DNA of 57,172 nucleotides from a virus (taxonomy: Duplodnaviria; Caudoviricetes), in the IMG/VR virus record IMGVR_UViG_3300006947_002434, positions 1-57,172 of that record; one strand, given 5' to 3'. Below, piece by piece: positions 37,513 to 46,037 of the stretch (positions are counted from its first letter, which is position 1; the number at the start of each line of letters is the position of its first letter). The position numbers were made by a program, and so were the translations under genes. The notes under the pieces are model-generated. The model ran no database searches and had not been told where the DNA came from. It was given only the letters and a program-made list of their open reading frames with translations.

Positions 37513-38439
37513 TTAATCTAAAATACCGTTATAAATTTTAGAACAAAAGAAACATGGTTTTTGGTTAGTACACTTGTACTTCTTATCTAAAAACTTACCA
37601 TCTTCATCTAGTGTGTCTTCTATAAACTTATTCATATAAGAGATAGCCTTACCTCTTTTTAATTTACCAGATGCAGGAATAAACTCTTGGACTCTTTTCT
37701 GCATAGATGCAAAGTCTGCTTCTACTGGTACTTGTCTCTTTACAATGAAGTATGCTATTTTTACTTTATCAACATCAACATTAAACTGTTTAGAGAAAAA
37801 CTCTTTATATAATAGTAACTGGGCTGTCTTTTTATCATCTTCTTTAGCCCATTTATTCCATCCTTTAGTAGAAGTTTTAATATCAACTAAAGTATAAGTA
37901 TCATCTCTTTCATCCCAGAACACTAAATCAATTAACCCTTTAAAAAATATACCTGGTGATAGCTCTTGGTAAAGTAATGTCTCTATGCCGGCTAAGTGTA
38001 CTCCTTTTCTTTGACTTTGAAAGTATGTTCCTCTATTCTTTTTTATGTAATCTAGTATATGTTTACCGTCTAGGTAAAATAGGTTTAGCTGGTCAGCAGT
38101 TGTGTAGTGTTCATGTCCATTTTGAGCCCTGGTTCTTCTATAGTTCTTGATCATTTGATCGTATAGATAAGTATCTATATCTATATCATTAGCTGCTTTA
38201 ACACTATCGTTATACATTACATCTAAGTAGTTCTGTAATGTTTCATGAAAGGCAGAGCCGAACGTCATATGTATAGACGGATCGAATGGTGCTATTTTTC
38301 TTAAATATTGAAGTTCCCATAATCTTGGGCAGTTAAGATAAGTATTAAGCTGACTATAAGAAATATGTATATTCTTTCTAGATTGCTTTATGTAACTTTC
38401 CTTAACAAGTTTAACTTGTTTTGGAATTTTTTTTGACAT
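37513..38439 (-). CDS. PD-(D/E)XK nuclease (RecB/Cas4-like)
   Basis: ISYSQL..Y..CP, FGSAFH, KGLIDL, VDIKTS, QL.LY, C-terminal C...C..C. Confidence 0.85.
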   Translation of the reverse strand: MSKKIPKQVKLVKESYIKQSRKNIHISYSQLNTYLNCPRLWELQYLRKIAPFDPSIHMTFGSAFHETLQNYLDVMYNDSVKAANDIDIDTYLYDQMIKNYRRTRAQNGHEHYTTADQLNLFYLDGKHILDYIKKNRGTYFQSQRKGVHLAGIETLLYQELSPGIFFKGLIDLVFWDERDDTYTLVDIKTSTKGWNKWAKEDDKKTAQLLLYKEFFSKQFNVDVDKVKIAYFIVKRQVPVEADFASMQKRVQEFIPASGKLKRGKAISYMNKFIEDTLDEDGKFLDKKYKCTNQKPCFFCSKIYNGILD

Positions 38440-38442
38440 ATA

Positions 38443-38811
38443 CTATTTTTTCCACTTTCCATTATGTACCAACTGAGCTATAATACCGTAGTTGGTAATA
38501 TCTTGGAATGTATCAATTAAAGTTTCGTTTTCTGCTTTTCGGCTAGTAAGTATCATATTCTTCCATCTGTTAATCTTATCAGATAGTCTATACCACAAAC
38601 CTGTCATAGCAAAATCTACCTCTTCATCATTAACAAGCTGCGTTCCGGCTGATACATTCCCCATGCCGTAATCTAGATGCTTTTTAGCAAACAATTCAAA
38701 TTGCTCATCGATAACATCTTTATATGCATTATATATTAAGGGGTATTCTTTTTCTAATGTCTGCAAAGCAGTTGGTGGACGTTTAGAATCCATTATCTCT
38801 CTATCACTCAT
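38443..38811 (-). CDS. DUF1599/Nmad1-like MazG-superfamily protein
   Basis: F.KK..DYG, RL.DKINR, ET..DT..D..NYGII. Confidence 0.7.
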   Translation of the reverse strand: MSDREIMDSKRPPTALQTLEKEYPLIYNAYKDVIDEQFELFAKKHLDYGMGNVSAGTQLVNDEEVDFAMTGLWYRLSDKINRWKNMILTSRKAENETLIDTFQDITNYGIIAQLVHNGKWKK

Positions 38812-38829
38812 AACTTGACTTTTTTTAGT

Positions 38830-39069
38830 TTAGTCGTTTAATATTTTTGAAGGATTTTCATCCGGAAAGTAACGTTCTAAAGTATCTAACTTATCATCTG
38901 CATCTACTAAAGTACCTAAACTCTCTGCTGCATCTTTTAAAAAATCTTCAGCTGTATGGTCTCCTATACCGACTGCTTTATCAGTTAGTAACTCTAATGC
39001 CATTAAGGCTTTCTCTTTATCTGCTTTTGCTTGGGCTTTTAATGCTTTAATCACTCTGTATTGTGCCAT
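38830..39069 (-). CDS. Conserved-looking phage helical protein (start revised to 39069)
   Basis: AVGIGDH motif; the class-1 promoter at 39087-39118 lies over the track start. Confidence 0.7.
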   Translation of the reverse strand: MAQYRVIKALKAQAKADKEKALMALELLTDKAVGIGDHTAEDFLKDAAESLGTLVDADDKLDTLERYFPDENPSKILND

Positions 39070-39086
39070 TGTATTTAATTTATATA

Positions 39087-39118
39087 TAAATATAAGAAAT
39101 ATTTGGGTGAATTCCAAC
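39087..39118 (-). promoter_or_regulatory. Class-1 promoter GTTG-N20-TATATTTA
   Basis: Same spacing as the other copies. Confidence 0.7.
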
Positions 39119-39137
39119 TAAAACCCACTTAGATTGA

Positions 39138-40241
39138 TTATAAATAAGTAATTGTATTATCGTTTTTATCTACCCATTTTTCTTCTCCTTCTTCTGTAAG
39201 GACTCTGTTTTTATTAGGTCCTTTCTGTAATATTCTACTTACCTTAGTGACTTTGATTGGAGGCTGTTCTTTACTTTCTACTGGTTCTAAATTTTCTTGC
39301 ATTGATTGTGAATATGTCTTGCTCATCTCTGCCTGCTCTAATTCTTTAATCTTGTCTTCAAAGGAAGGTAGTGGGGGAGTGACTTTTTCAGCTACTACTT
39401 CTATATCTTCTAATAAGGGGTTTTTCTCTTTAGTTGGATTTGCTCTTAAAAATGCGAAGTTGGCTGCTATGACTAAGGATACAGCTAGTGGATCAAACAC
39501 AAATATGATAATTAGTAGTAACCAGTTAATTATCTTATTCATTGGAGTATTAGTAAGACCTGATAGGAACTGTAATGGGCCTAATTCACCTGAAATTTCA
39601 GAATTGTTCTGTAAATCTAGTATCTGTAATTGGAATTTTTGTAAGCTGTCTGAAGCTATCACTCTTTTAGCTTGAGTATTTTTACGGTTTGTTTCTTCTA
39701 CTTTAATACGGCTTTGAGCCATTCTAAGCTCTGTTGTGGAGATGGTTGATCTAAACCCTGTTGCTACTAATGTATCTTGTACTTGTATGTTTGAAACTTT
39801 GGCATTAGATAGGTTACTAATATTACTAGATATTCTTTCGATTTCCTTTTCATAACGTACTACATCAGTTTCATAGAAATTAGCTTTGTTTTCTAAGAAG
39901 GATATTTTATTTTCTGTTATAGACAGTTTAGAGTAAGTCTCTTGATATGCTGCACTTAAAAATCCGTATATGCCCATACTAGTAATTAATACTAATACTA
40001 CTGTAGCCACAGCGAGATAGGCTCTTAACACCTTATTAATAGTGTTCCAATACTGATATAGTAGTGAAGCGATTACTAATTTAGCTACTTCTAATGAACC
40101 AGCCATTACTATTACTTCAAAGGTTGCTCCTGCGAAGAGTTTTGATAATCCGCTTACTGAATAAAATGCTGCTGAAGCACTTACAGATAAAGCTGATAAC
40201 GCAATTAATCCAGGGAATAGATTTCTTTTAATTTTTTCCAT
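39138..40241 (-). CDS. Multi-TM inner-membrane protein with long coiled coil
   Basis: Three N-terminal TMs (LEVAKLV, TSMGIYGFLS.A), coiled coil, IIFVFDPLA TM. Confidence 0.75.
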   Translation of the reverse strand: MEKIKRNLFPGLIALSALSVSASAAFYSVSGLSKLFAGATFEVIVMAGSLEVAKLVIASLLYQYWNTINKVLRAYLAVATVVLVLITSMGIYGFLSAAYQETYSKLSITENKISFLENKANFYETDVVRYEKEIERISSNISNLSNAKVSNIQVQDTLVATGFRSTISTTELRMAQSRIKVEETNRKNTQAKRVIASDSLQKFQLQILDLQNNSEISGELGPLQFLSGLTNTPMNKIINWLLLIIIFVFDPLAVSLVIAANFAFLRANPTKEKNPLLEDIEVVAEKVTPPLPSFEDKIKELEQAEMSKTYSQSMQENLEPVESKEQPPIKVTKVSRILQKGPNKNRVLTEEGEEKWVDKNDNTITYL

Positions 40242-40648
40242 TATTGTACAATTAATATACCTACTGCGACTGCTCCTACTATAGAACCAATCTTATAAAG
40301 CTTTTTTTGTCGATTTGCTTTTTTAAGAGCTTGTTGTAATTCCTTTGATAATTTTTGAGATGTATCGAACTTATCGTTTTCTAATTGAAAAGCTTTCCGG
40401 AAGTTATCTAGCTGTAGATTTAGACTCAGTATAATTGTATCTTGTTTAGTAATCTGAACAGTCTTCATTTTGATTACATCACTTAGTACTACTGCTTCAC
40501 GTTCACTAGCATCACCTTTAATGAGGTCTTTAATTACTAGTTTTACTACTGGTTCCGCTAATCGAATCGAGGTGGTATCTATAACGGTCTGCGAAAAACT
40601 TGTATAACTCAGAGTTATTAAGAGTGTCGATAGAATTAAGTTTTTCAT
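40241..40648 (-). CDS. Signal peptide + coiled coil + C-terminal anchor (spanin-like partner; start revised)
   Basis: MKNLILSTLL signal; overlaps the 3' end of the upstream TM-coiled-coil gene. Confidence 0.5.
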   Translation of the reverse strand: MKNLILSTLLITLSYTSFSQTVIDTTSIRLAEPVVKLVIKDLIKGDASEREAVVLSDVIKMKTVQITKQDTIILSLNLQLDNFRKAFQLENDKFDTSQKLSKELQQALKKANRQKKLYKIGSIVGAVAVGILIVQ

Positions 40649-40922
40649 CTGTTTCCTTTTTAATTGTCCAAATACGTCCATTAAGTTGCTTTATTTTCTT
40701 ATTAGCATTCTCAACATCATTCTCTAATAAATAGATTTGATCTGCTAATTTATGGTTGTGGTGGAGAGTAGAGTCAATACGAACTTGTAAACTGTCTATA
40801 GTTGTTGTGTACTTGTGTACATCTACGGTTGTTTTTTCACGGCCAAAGATGACCCAGGCGACTAAACCACCTAAAATTATAAAAAATAAATACGTTTGTA
40901 GGTTTCTCGTGTCTATTACCAT
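40530..40922 (-). CDS. N-terminal TM + coiled coil (i-spanin-like)
   Basis: TM near the N-terminus, heptad repeats, next to a putative lysin. Confidence 0.5.
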   Translation of the reverse strand: MVIDTRNLQTYLFFIILGGLVAWVIFGREKTTVDVHKYTTTIDSLQVRIDSTLHHNHKLADQIYLLENDVENANKKIKQLNGRIWTIKKETDEKLNSIDTLNNSELYKFFADRYRYHLDSISGTSSKTSN

Positions 40923-40926
40923 TATT

Positions 40927-40958
40927 ATAATATAAGGAATTTTATTGGAACAGGCAAC
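40927..40958 (-). promoter_or_regulatory. Class-1 promoter GTTG-N20-TATATTAT
   Basis: Same spacing; 4 nt before the ATG. Confidence 0.7.
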
Positions 40959-40964
40959 TTATTT

Positions 40965-41585
40965 CTAAGTTTTTATGTCACAAGACTCAATTAAGGTATA
41001 AGTAAATGAATTTCCATGTATGACCTTAGCTTGATTAACGATTGACATAAAATGGGCAAAGTCTTCTGATGCTGCTATTACTTGACAGCCTGCTGACCAT
41101 TTATCTACTCTTTTAGATTCACCATTAATTCTTGCTGTAGCTCTATGGATGTTAATACCAAAGATTCCTTTTTCTTCATTTTCTTCTATATGATCGTAAG
41201 TATTATCTTTATTAGCATCTCTCCATACAGTTATAGCTTTCTTCTGTCTTAGAGCTTCATATTTACCTTGGTGTAATCCTATTTTATGTGAACCTCTATA
41301 TTGTCCTGGAACTACTATGGCTACTCCTTTAGAATTCATTAAGTTTTCAGTCCAGTAAGTACCTGGATCTGTAGTACAGTTATAACATCCGATTTTCCAG
41401 TCACCATCGAAGTCTCTATAACTAATAGTCATATGGTCATCAAATCTATTTGTTACTCTGTTATTAGTCTCTGAGTTTCTTACTCCGACTATGTTAACAT
41501 CGTATCCTTTTATTGCTGTATCGTTAAACCATTTGTACCCTTTTGATCTAACAGCGTATTGTATTTGTTCGTAAGTGTAACTCAT
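40965..41585 (-). CDS. Putative peptidoglycan-acting enzyme (L,D-transpeptidase-like H...S.GC motif; start revised)
   Basis: NIVGVR, TTDPG, PGQY, GINIH, WSAGCQV. Confidence 0.55.
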   Translation of the reverse strand: MSYTYEQIQYAVRSKGYKWFNDTAIKGYDVNIVGVRNSETNNRVTNRFDDHMTISYRDFDGDWKIGCYNCTTDPGTYWTENLMNSKGVAIVVPGQYRGSHKIGLHQGKYEALRQKKAITVWRDANKDNTYDHIEENEEKGIFGINIHRATARINGESKRVDKWSAGCQVIAASEDFAHFMSIVNQAKVIHGNSFTYTLIESCDIKT

Positions 41586-41592
41586 AATTTTT

Positions 41593-41805
41593 TTATTTTT
41601 TCTTTGATGTATCCCATGATACTCCTCTTCTTGTAAGTTCCTTTTCAATAACATTACGCTTCTTTGGCGTACTTTTTCGTAAATTTAATAATTCTTCGGT
41701 TTTTGTACCACCAACGGTATAGTGATTCCATTTCCATTTCTGAGTCATTCTGCCGTTTGCATCTTTAATGTATTGTTTGGAACTTGGTTTTAATTTTATA
41801 GGCAT
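41593..41805 (-). CDS. Small basic hypothetical protein
   Basis: Co-directional ORF. Confidence 0.55.
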   Translation of the reverse strand: MPIKLKPSSKQYIKDANGRMTQKWKWNHYTVGGTKTEELLNLRKSTPKKRNVIEKELTRRGVSWDTSKKK

Positions 41806-41817
41806 TGTATTTTCTTT

Positions 41818-42225
41818 TTAAAACTTATTTGCAGTCTTAATATCATCTATAGATTCCTGTAATTCTGATAAATCAACAGGACATAATAAATCTAAACTTG
41901 CTTTAAAAATATCTTCTTTGACTCCTTTATTAAATACAATTAAAGTTGGTGCCATTCTTATACGGAATTCTTTCTTTAATTTAAGTGCTGTTGATACATC
42001 GACTCTGAAGTATTTTGCTCCTTTAACCTTGTCCCATTCCTGAAAGGCATTTGCTTGATTGAATTCAGCCCAAAACTCAACTATTACAACATTTTGATCA
42101 TTATCTCCAAAAGCATGTCTTTCGTTTATTTTTGCATGGAATTCTGCTTCTGTGATAAATTCTTGTCCGAAACATAAAGTAGATGTTGTAATAATCAACA
42201 GTAGACTAAAGAGTGTGTTTTTCAT
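41818..42225 (-). CDS. Secreted thioredoxin-fold protein lacking CxxC
   Basis: Signal peptide, VIVEFWAEFN, F.IRMAPTLIVF..G. Confidence 0.7.
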   Translation of the reverse strand: MKNTLFSLLLIITTSTLCFGQEFITEAEFHAKINERHAFGDNDQNVVIVEFWAEFNQANAFQEWDKVKGAKYFRVDVSTALKLKKEFRIRMAPTLIVFNKGVKEDIFKASLDLLCPVDLSELQESIDDIKTANKF

Positions 42226-42240
42226 AACTGTTATAATCTA

Positions 42241-42558
42241 TTATTGTCTTTTTTGTATTTCGTAGATACGTTCATCTAGTTTTTCTAACTTGTCTAAGAT
42301 ATCCTCTACGTCATCTTGTGTATCCATTATCGTTTGACGGATAAGTTCATCCTTTAAGTCGTATTCAATTCTCTCTATAGACGGTTTAGGTAATTCTTTT
42401 GCTTCTTGTATATCACCTTGTAATGTAAACCACATTCCTATAATTGTTGAAATAAAAACAATTACCATTCCTATAGTCTTAAGATCTAAAGAAAAATCTG
42501 GTTTTCCATCTCCATCTATATCTACTCCAACTTCAACTTTGTCTACCTTCCTTGCCAT
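42241..42558 (-). CDS. Single-TM coiled-coil protein
   Basis: DIDGDGKPD motif, TM segment, heptads. Confidence 0.6.
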   Translation of the reverse strand: MARKVDKVEVGVDIDGDGKPDFSLDLKTIGMVIVFISTIIGMWFTLQGDIQEAKELPKPSIERIEYDLKDELIRQTIMDTQDDVEDILDKLEKLDERIYEIQKRQ

Positions 42559-42567
42559 ATTTTTATT

Positions 42568-43767
42568 TTATTTGAAAGTATAATTTAAACCAAATGTAGT
42601 TTGGAATAACCTACTCTCCCACATTTTAGAATATTCACCTTCAGCAAATACTCCTAAGTTTTTTCCTACTTTCCATCCAAATGCAACTCCCATTGAGAAA
42701 TCTGACCATTGTTCTGGTTCAGCTCCTTCTATTAATCCACCTGGTCCCCAATTGCCTCTATTTAAGTATGTAAAATCTCCATCTCCTTTGATGTATTTGT
42801 GTTGAGGAAGTATTATGTTTCCGAATGAATGTAACCAAAAATTGTTTTTGTAGTGATAGAAATCAAATCCTACTATTGGTGCTAATTCTACAAATGGGTC
42901 TACTAAATCCCATGCTTCTCTATTATACCTATTAATAATACTTGGAAATACTTCTTCTCTAAATTCTAAATCTGTATTAGCTACTATATTACCATCTTCA
43001 TCTTTCCAAATCCAATCATTTGTTGTATTTCCACCTGTTGTAGATGTTGTATAATGGTCTGAATAACCATATTGGAATCCTAATGTGTACCAAGGATTAG
43101 TGTAGTATGGAGTTCCGTTTGAATCTGGAGCCATTTCATTTAACCATATTTCAAAAGGATTATATCCATATGCTCTATCATGTCCTCTAGCTACAACACC
43201 TGCTGATATAGAGAATTTCTTACCTATTGGTAATCTTGCTCTTAGTTCTGCTGATTTATAATTAAGATTGATTTTAGATACCTCTCTACTCTCTGCTTTG
43301 AAGATGTGGTATTTACCTGTATGTTTTAAAAATACTCTATGGTTTTTGAAATTTCTACCGTTCCATCTTTCATTTTCGAAATGAATTTGATACTCTAAAC
43401 CTTGTATTGCCGATGAAGGTGCTGCATATACTAATTGGCTTTCGTTACCATCGTAAAAGTTTTTAGGTTTTCTTTCGTAATCGAATCTAGCTAACTTTCT
43501 TATACCAATACTATATCGGTAATCAAATGGAAATCTATCAGTAACATCTTCTATATCTGGTATAGAATAAATACTCCCATCTTGGTTTGTTCGTAATACG
43601 TATGTTGGTTCTTGTGCTTCTACTGCATTTGAGATGTCTCCAGCTGCATAAACTGTACCATACTTTAAGAAGTCTTTGTATAGGTTCTCAAAGAAGTTGG
43701 TTTTCTTTTCCTGTCCTAATGCGGATGTAGAAATTATTAAACTTAGGATTATTAATAAGTGTTTCAT
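42568..43767 (-). CDS. Outer-membrane beta-barrel-like protein
   Basis: Signal peptide, amphipathic strands, C-terminal FGLNYTF(K) beta-signal. Confidence 0.65.
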   Translation of the reverse strand: MKHLLIILSLIISTSALGQEKKTNFFENLYKDFLKYGTVYAAGDISNAVEAQEPTYVLRTNQDGSIYSIPDIEDVTDRFPFDYRYSIGIRKLARFDYERKPKNFYDGNESQLVYAAPSSAIQGLEYQIHFENERWNGRNFKNHRVFLKHTGKYHIFKAESREVSKINLNYKSAELRARLPIGKKFSISAGVVARGHDRAYGYNPFEIWLNEMAPDSNGTPYYTNPWYTLGFQYGYSDHYTTSTTGGNTTNDWIWKDEDGNIVANTDLEFREEVFPSIINRYNREAWDLVDPFVELAPIVGFDFYHYKNNFWLHSFGNIILPQHKYIKGDGDFTYLNRGNWGPGGLIEGAEPEQWSDFSMGVAFGWKVGKNLGVFAEGEYSKMWESRLFQTTFGLNYTFK

Positions 43768-43786
43768 GTCTTAATATATTTACTGA

Positions 43787-44011
43787 TTATTTATTTCCAA
43801 ATGCTTTTCCTGCTTCGGCGATACCGAAACACCCTAAGGTTACTATCACAAAAGAGTTGTATATAATATCATTGATAATTAAGTCTTTACCAATAAATCC
43901 CATTGCTAAGTCTGCTATGGCAAATATTACCATAATAGAGAACGAGACAAATCCTATTATGGATTTTTCGTTAATGTCGTTGTCGTTTTTAAATAAATCC
44001 TTAAAGGCCAT
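43787..44011 (-). CDS. Two-TM holin-like membrane protein
   Basis: Two TMs and a charged N-terminus; class-2 motif at 44038-44045. Confidence 0.55.
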   Translation of the reverse strand: MAFKDLFKNDNDINEKSIIGFVSFSIMVIFAIADLAMGFIGKDLIINDIIYNSFVIVTLGCFGIAEAGKAFGNK

Positions 44012-44049
44012 TTTATAAGTTGTAATATTATTCTCTTATAAATAGCACT

Positions 44050-44082
44050 AAAAAAAAGAGAATAGACGTTATATCTACTCTC
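44050..44082 (-). terminator. Intrinsic terminator
   Basis: Minus strand GAGAGTAGA-TATAACG-TCTATTCTC followed by a T run. Confidence 0.7.
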
Positions 44083-44136
44083 TAATTTAATTTTTAGTCT
44101 TCGTATATCTGATCCTGTAGACCATGATATATTACT

Positions 44137-44361
44137 CTACTCAGCTCCTGTAGACTCTTTGGGGAGGAATTCTGGGTTAACATTTCCGCATTCTTTGCAA
44201 GCAAAGACGGGGATTGGTATGTAACTTGGTTTTCCGGTTCCTGTAAGGAGACCTGAAGCTTTTCGGAGGTGAACGACTTGTTCGAAATAGATTCCATTGC
44301 AATTTTCACATTTGACTGCAACAGTTTGGCTGTAATCTAAGTTTTGGGTTGGGTTTTGCAT
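44137..44361 (-). CDS. Zinc-ribbon protein
   Basis: CENC...CKECG. Confidence 0.7.
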   Translation of the reverse strand: MQNPTQNLDYSQTVAVKCENCNGIYFEQVVHLRKASGLLTGTGKPSYIPIPVFACKECGNVNPEFLPKESTGAE

Positions 44362-44379
44362 TCTTTTAATAACAGACTT

Positions 44380-44685
44380 CTACTTATTTTTTTTTCTTCC
44401 TCTACGAGGTTTTCCTTTTGTAGCAGCTACTATGTCTTTTGTTTGCTCGACGACATTTTTTAGAGCTCCTTTGACATCGGAAAGCTCTTCCTTAACTCTT
44501 TTCACTCTTCTTTTTGTTTCGGCTACTGTATCGTCGATATCTTCTTTGATATCTGAGATTTTGTCTTCTACTGAATCTGGAATAAGGTCTTGGTCTCTAT
44601 CTGCGATAGATCCTTTGCTCCAAAAATAATAATAAACTCCTGCTCCAATGGCTAGAATTGCTAAGATAATTAAAACTGTTTGCAT
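44380..44685 (-). CDS. Single-TM protein with coiled coil and basic tail
   Basis: N-terminal TM, DRDQDLIPD, C-terminal KPRRGRKKNK. Confidence 0.65.
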   Translation of the reverse strand: MQTVLIILAILAIGAGVYYYFWSKGSIADRDQDLIPDSVEDKISDIKEDIDDTVAETKRRVKRVKEELSDVKGALKNVVEQTKDIVAATKGKPRRGRKKNK

Positions 44686-44729
44686 AATTAATAAATTTGT
44701 TGTTGTTAGTATATATAAATATACGGTTT

Positions 44730-44918
44730 TTAAAGTTCCGTGTTAAACTTTTTGGCATAAATTGCTGTTTGTTTTTGCTTACGCTTAACAGCACTAGGTT
44801 TTATAAAGGCCTGTCTCTTCCGTAACTCTTTGAGCAAGCCAGTATTCTTAACTTTTTTTTTGAATCTCTTGAGTGCTTGGTTGATATTTTCTTTTTTTCC
44901 TAGCTTTATTATTAACAT
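44730..44918 (-). CDS. rpsU: Ribosomal protein bS21, Bacteroidota type
   Basis: MLII....ENI..ALKRFKKK...TG..KELR.RQAF.KPS..KR....A.Y54. Confidence 0.92.
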   Translation of the reverse strand: MLIIKLGKKENINQALKRFKKKVKNTGLLKELRKRQAFIKPSAVKRKQKQTAIYAKKFNTEL

Positions 44919-44923
44919 ATAAT

Positions 44924-44955
44924 ATAATATAAGAATAAATATTCAATTAAACAAC
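44924..44955 (-). promoter_or_regulatory. Class-1 promoter of rpsU, GTTG-N20-TATATTAT
   Basis: 5 nt before the ATG. Confidence 0.7.
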
Positions 44956-44966
44956 TTTAATAGGTG

Positions 44967-45428
44967 TTAAAATTTTTTAAATCCTACTTTTTCAAACATT
45001 TTTTGAGCTCTTATGTTCCAATCATCACAATGTAGGTATATTGTTTTGATGGATTGTTCTAAGTTATGGCAAGCCTCTCTAACAAATCTGACAGTATGTC
45101 CATCTTGTCTATCTTTGACCATAAACATATTGTATAGGTAATCTCCATCAAACCAGACATAACCTAAAGGTCTTTCTGTTCTATCTCCTATTCGTTGGTA
45201 AACGAACATTACTTGGTCTTGTTTAAAACGGTTAAGTGCTTCTTCTAAGTCCCACATATCTTTCCACTGTACTTGTGAATTGAATGAGCTAATACAAGAC
45301 TTAATTAACTTATGCCACTTATGTGCATTTCCTCCAGTAAGTTTTAAAGCAAAGAAACCGTGCGGTACTATATCACTTGCTATATTTTCTAGATCTGCTG
45401 AGTAGTATATTTTAGAGGATTTCATCAC
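44967..45428 (-). CDS. GNAT-family acetyltransferase-like protein
   Basis: PLGYVW, LYNMFM...R, IYL....N.RA..MFEKVGF. Confidence 0.7.
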   Translation of the reverse strand: MMKSSKIYYSADLENIASDIVPHGFFALKLTGGNAHKWHKLIKSCISSFNSQVQWKDMWDLEEALNRFKQDQVMFVYQRIGDRTERPLGYVWFDGDYLYNMFMVKDRQDGHTVRFVREACHNLEQSIKTIYLHCDDWNIRAQKMFEKVGFKKF

Positions 45429-45645
45429 AAGCTATCTGTAACCCTAACAATAAGGAAGCTGAATTATATTCTTTCTGCACCTCAGCCGCTCGAGTTTGAA
45501 CCTGTACAATCTTATTTGCTTTTGTAGCTTTAGCTAACAATTCCAGGATTTGATCACTTCTTCTTTCATCAGGGGATTTATCAAGGCCGAACATTTCATC
45601 TTTTTCCGCCATATTTTCATAATACTTGGTAACTGAGTCTGACAT
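45412..45645 (-). CDS. Hypothetical protein
   Basis: Co-directional ORF. Confidence 0.55.
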   Translation of the reverse strand: MSDSVTKYYENMAEKDEMFGLDKSPDERRSDQILELLAKATKANKIVQVQTRAAEVQKEYNSASLLLGLQIACDEIL

Positions 45646-45648
45646 AAC

Positions 45649-45762
45649 TTATTGTTTTTTATTTTTTTTGTTTAATATGACGCGATTTAATTCACGGAAT
45701 AGTAAAGACGTTGGGTTATGAGCTATATGTCGCATTTTACTTTTAGTTCCTAGTGCTTTCAT
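45649..45762 (-). CDS. 37-aa basic peptide (not in track)
   Basis: MKALGTKSKMRHIAHNPTSLLFRELNRVILNKKNKKQ*; ATGA-coupled. Confidence 0.45.
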   Translation of the reverse strand: MKALGTKSKMRHIAHNPTSLLFRELNRVILNKKNKKQ

Positions 45763-45929
45763 ATTGCTTGATCCGGATAAAAATTATCGAAATCGTCTTT
45801 ATTATGTTTTTGTTTTCTTTTATATTTAGACTTATCTTCGTGATCTTTCTGTACCATTCGACGTCTCGATAGTTGAGCTAACTCCCCTACCGTGTACTTT
45901 TCTTGGCCGATTATATCTCGATTTTTCAT
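45759..45929 (-). CDS. ArfA-like small basic protein (56 aa, not in track)
   Basis: MKNRDIIGQEKYTVGELAQLSRRRMVQKDHEDKSKYKRKQKHNKDDFDNFYPDQAI*; the Y.RK.KH motif resembles ArfA. Promoter variant at 45938-45969. Confidence 0.5.
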   Translation of the reverse strand: MKNRDIIGQEKYTVGELAQLSRRRMVQKDHEDKSKYKRKQKHNKDDFDNFYPDQAI

Positions 45930-46037
45930 CTTATATATAAATATACGAAAAAAATAGATTAGAACCTAGTATTAATGGTTTTATCTTCCAAGTCTGCCCT
46001 ATATAATGCCCGGTGGCTGTCGGAAGGTTCGTAGAAT

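Noticed and set aside
37513-38439. CRISPR-Cas locus suggested by the Cas4-like nuclease
   Set aside because: No repeat-spacer array or other cas genes were seen; solo PD-(D/E)XK nucleases are common in phages.
44094-44794. Alternative-frame ORFs 44094-44321 and 44597-44794
   Set aside because: They overlap better-supported genes (zinc ribbon, TM protein, rpsU) and carry no motifs.
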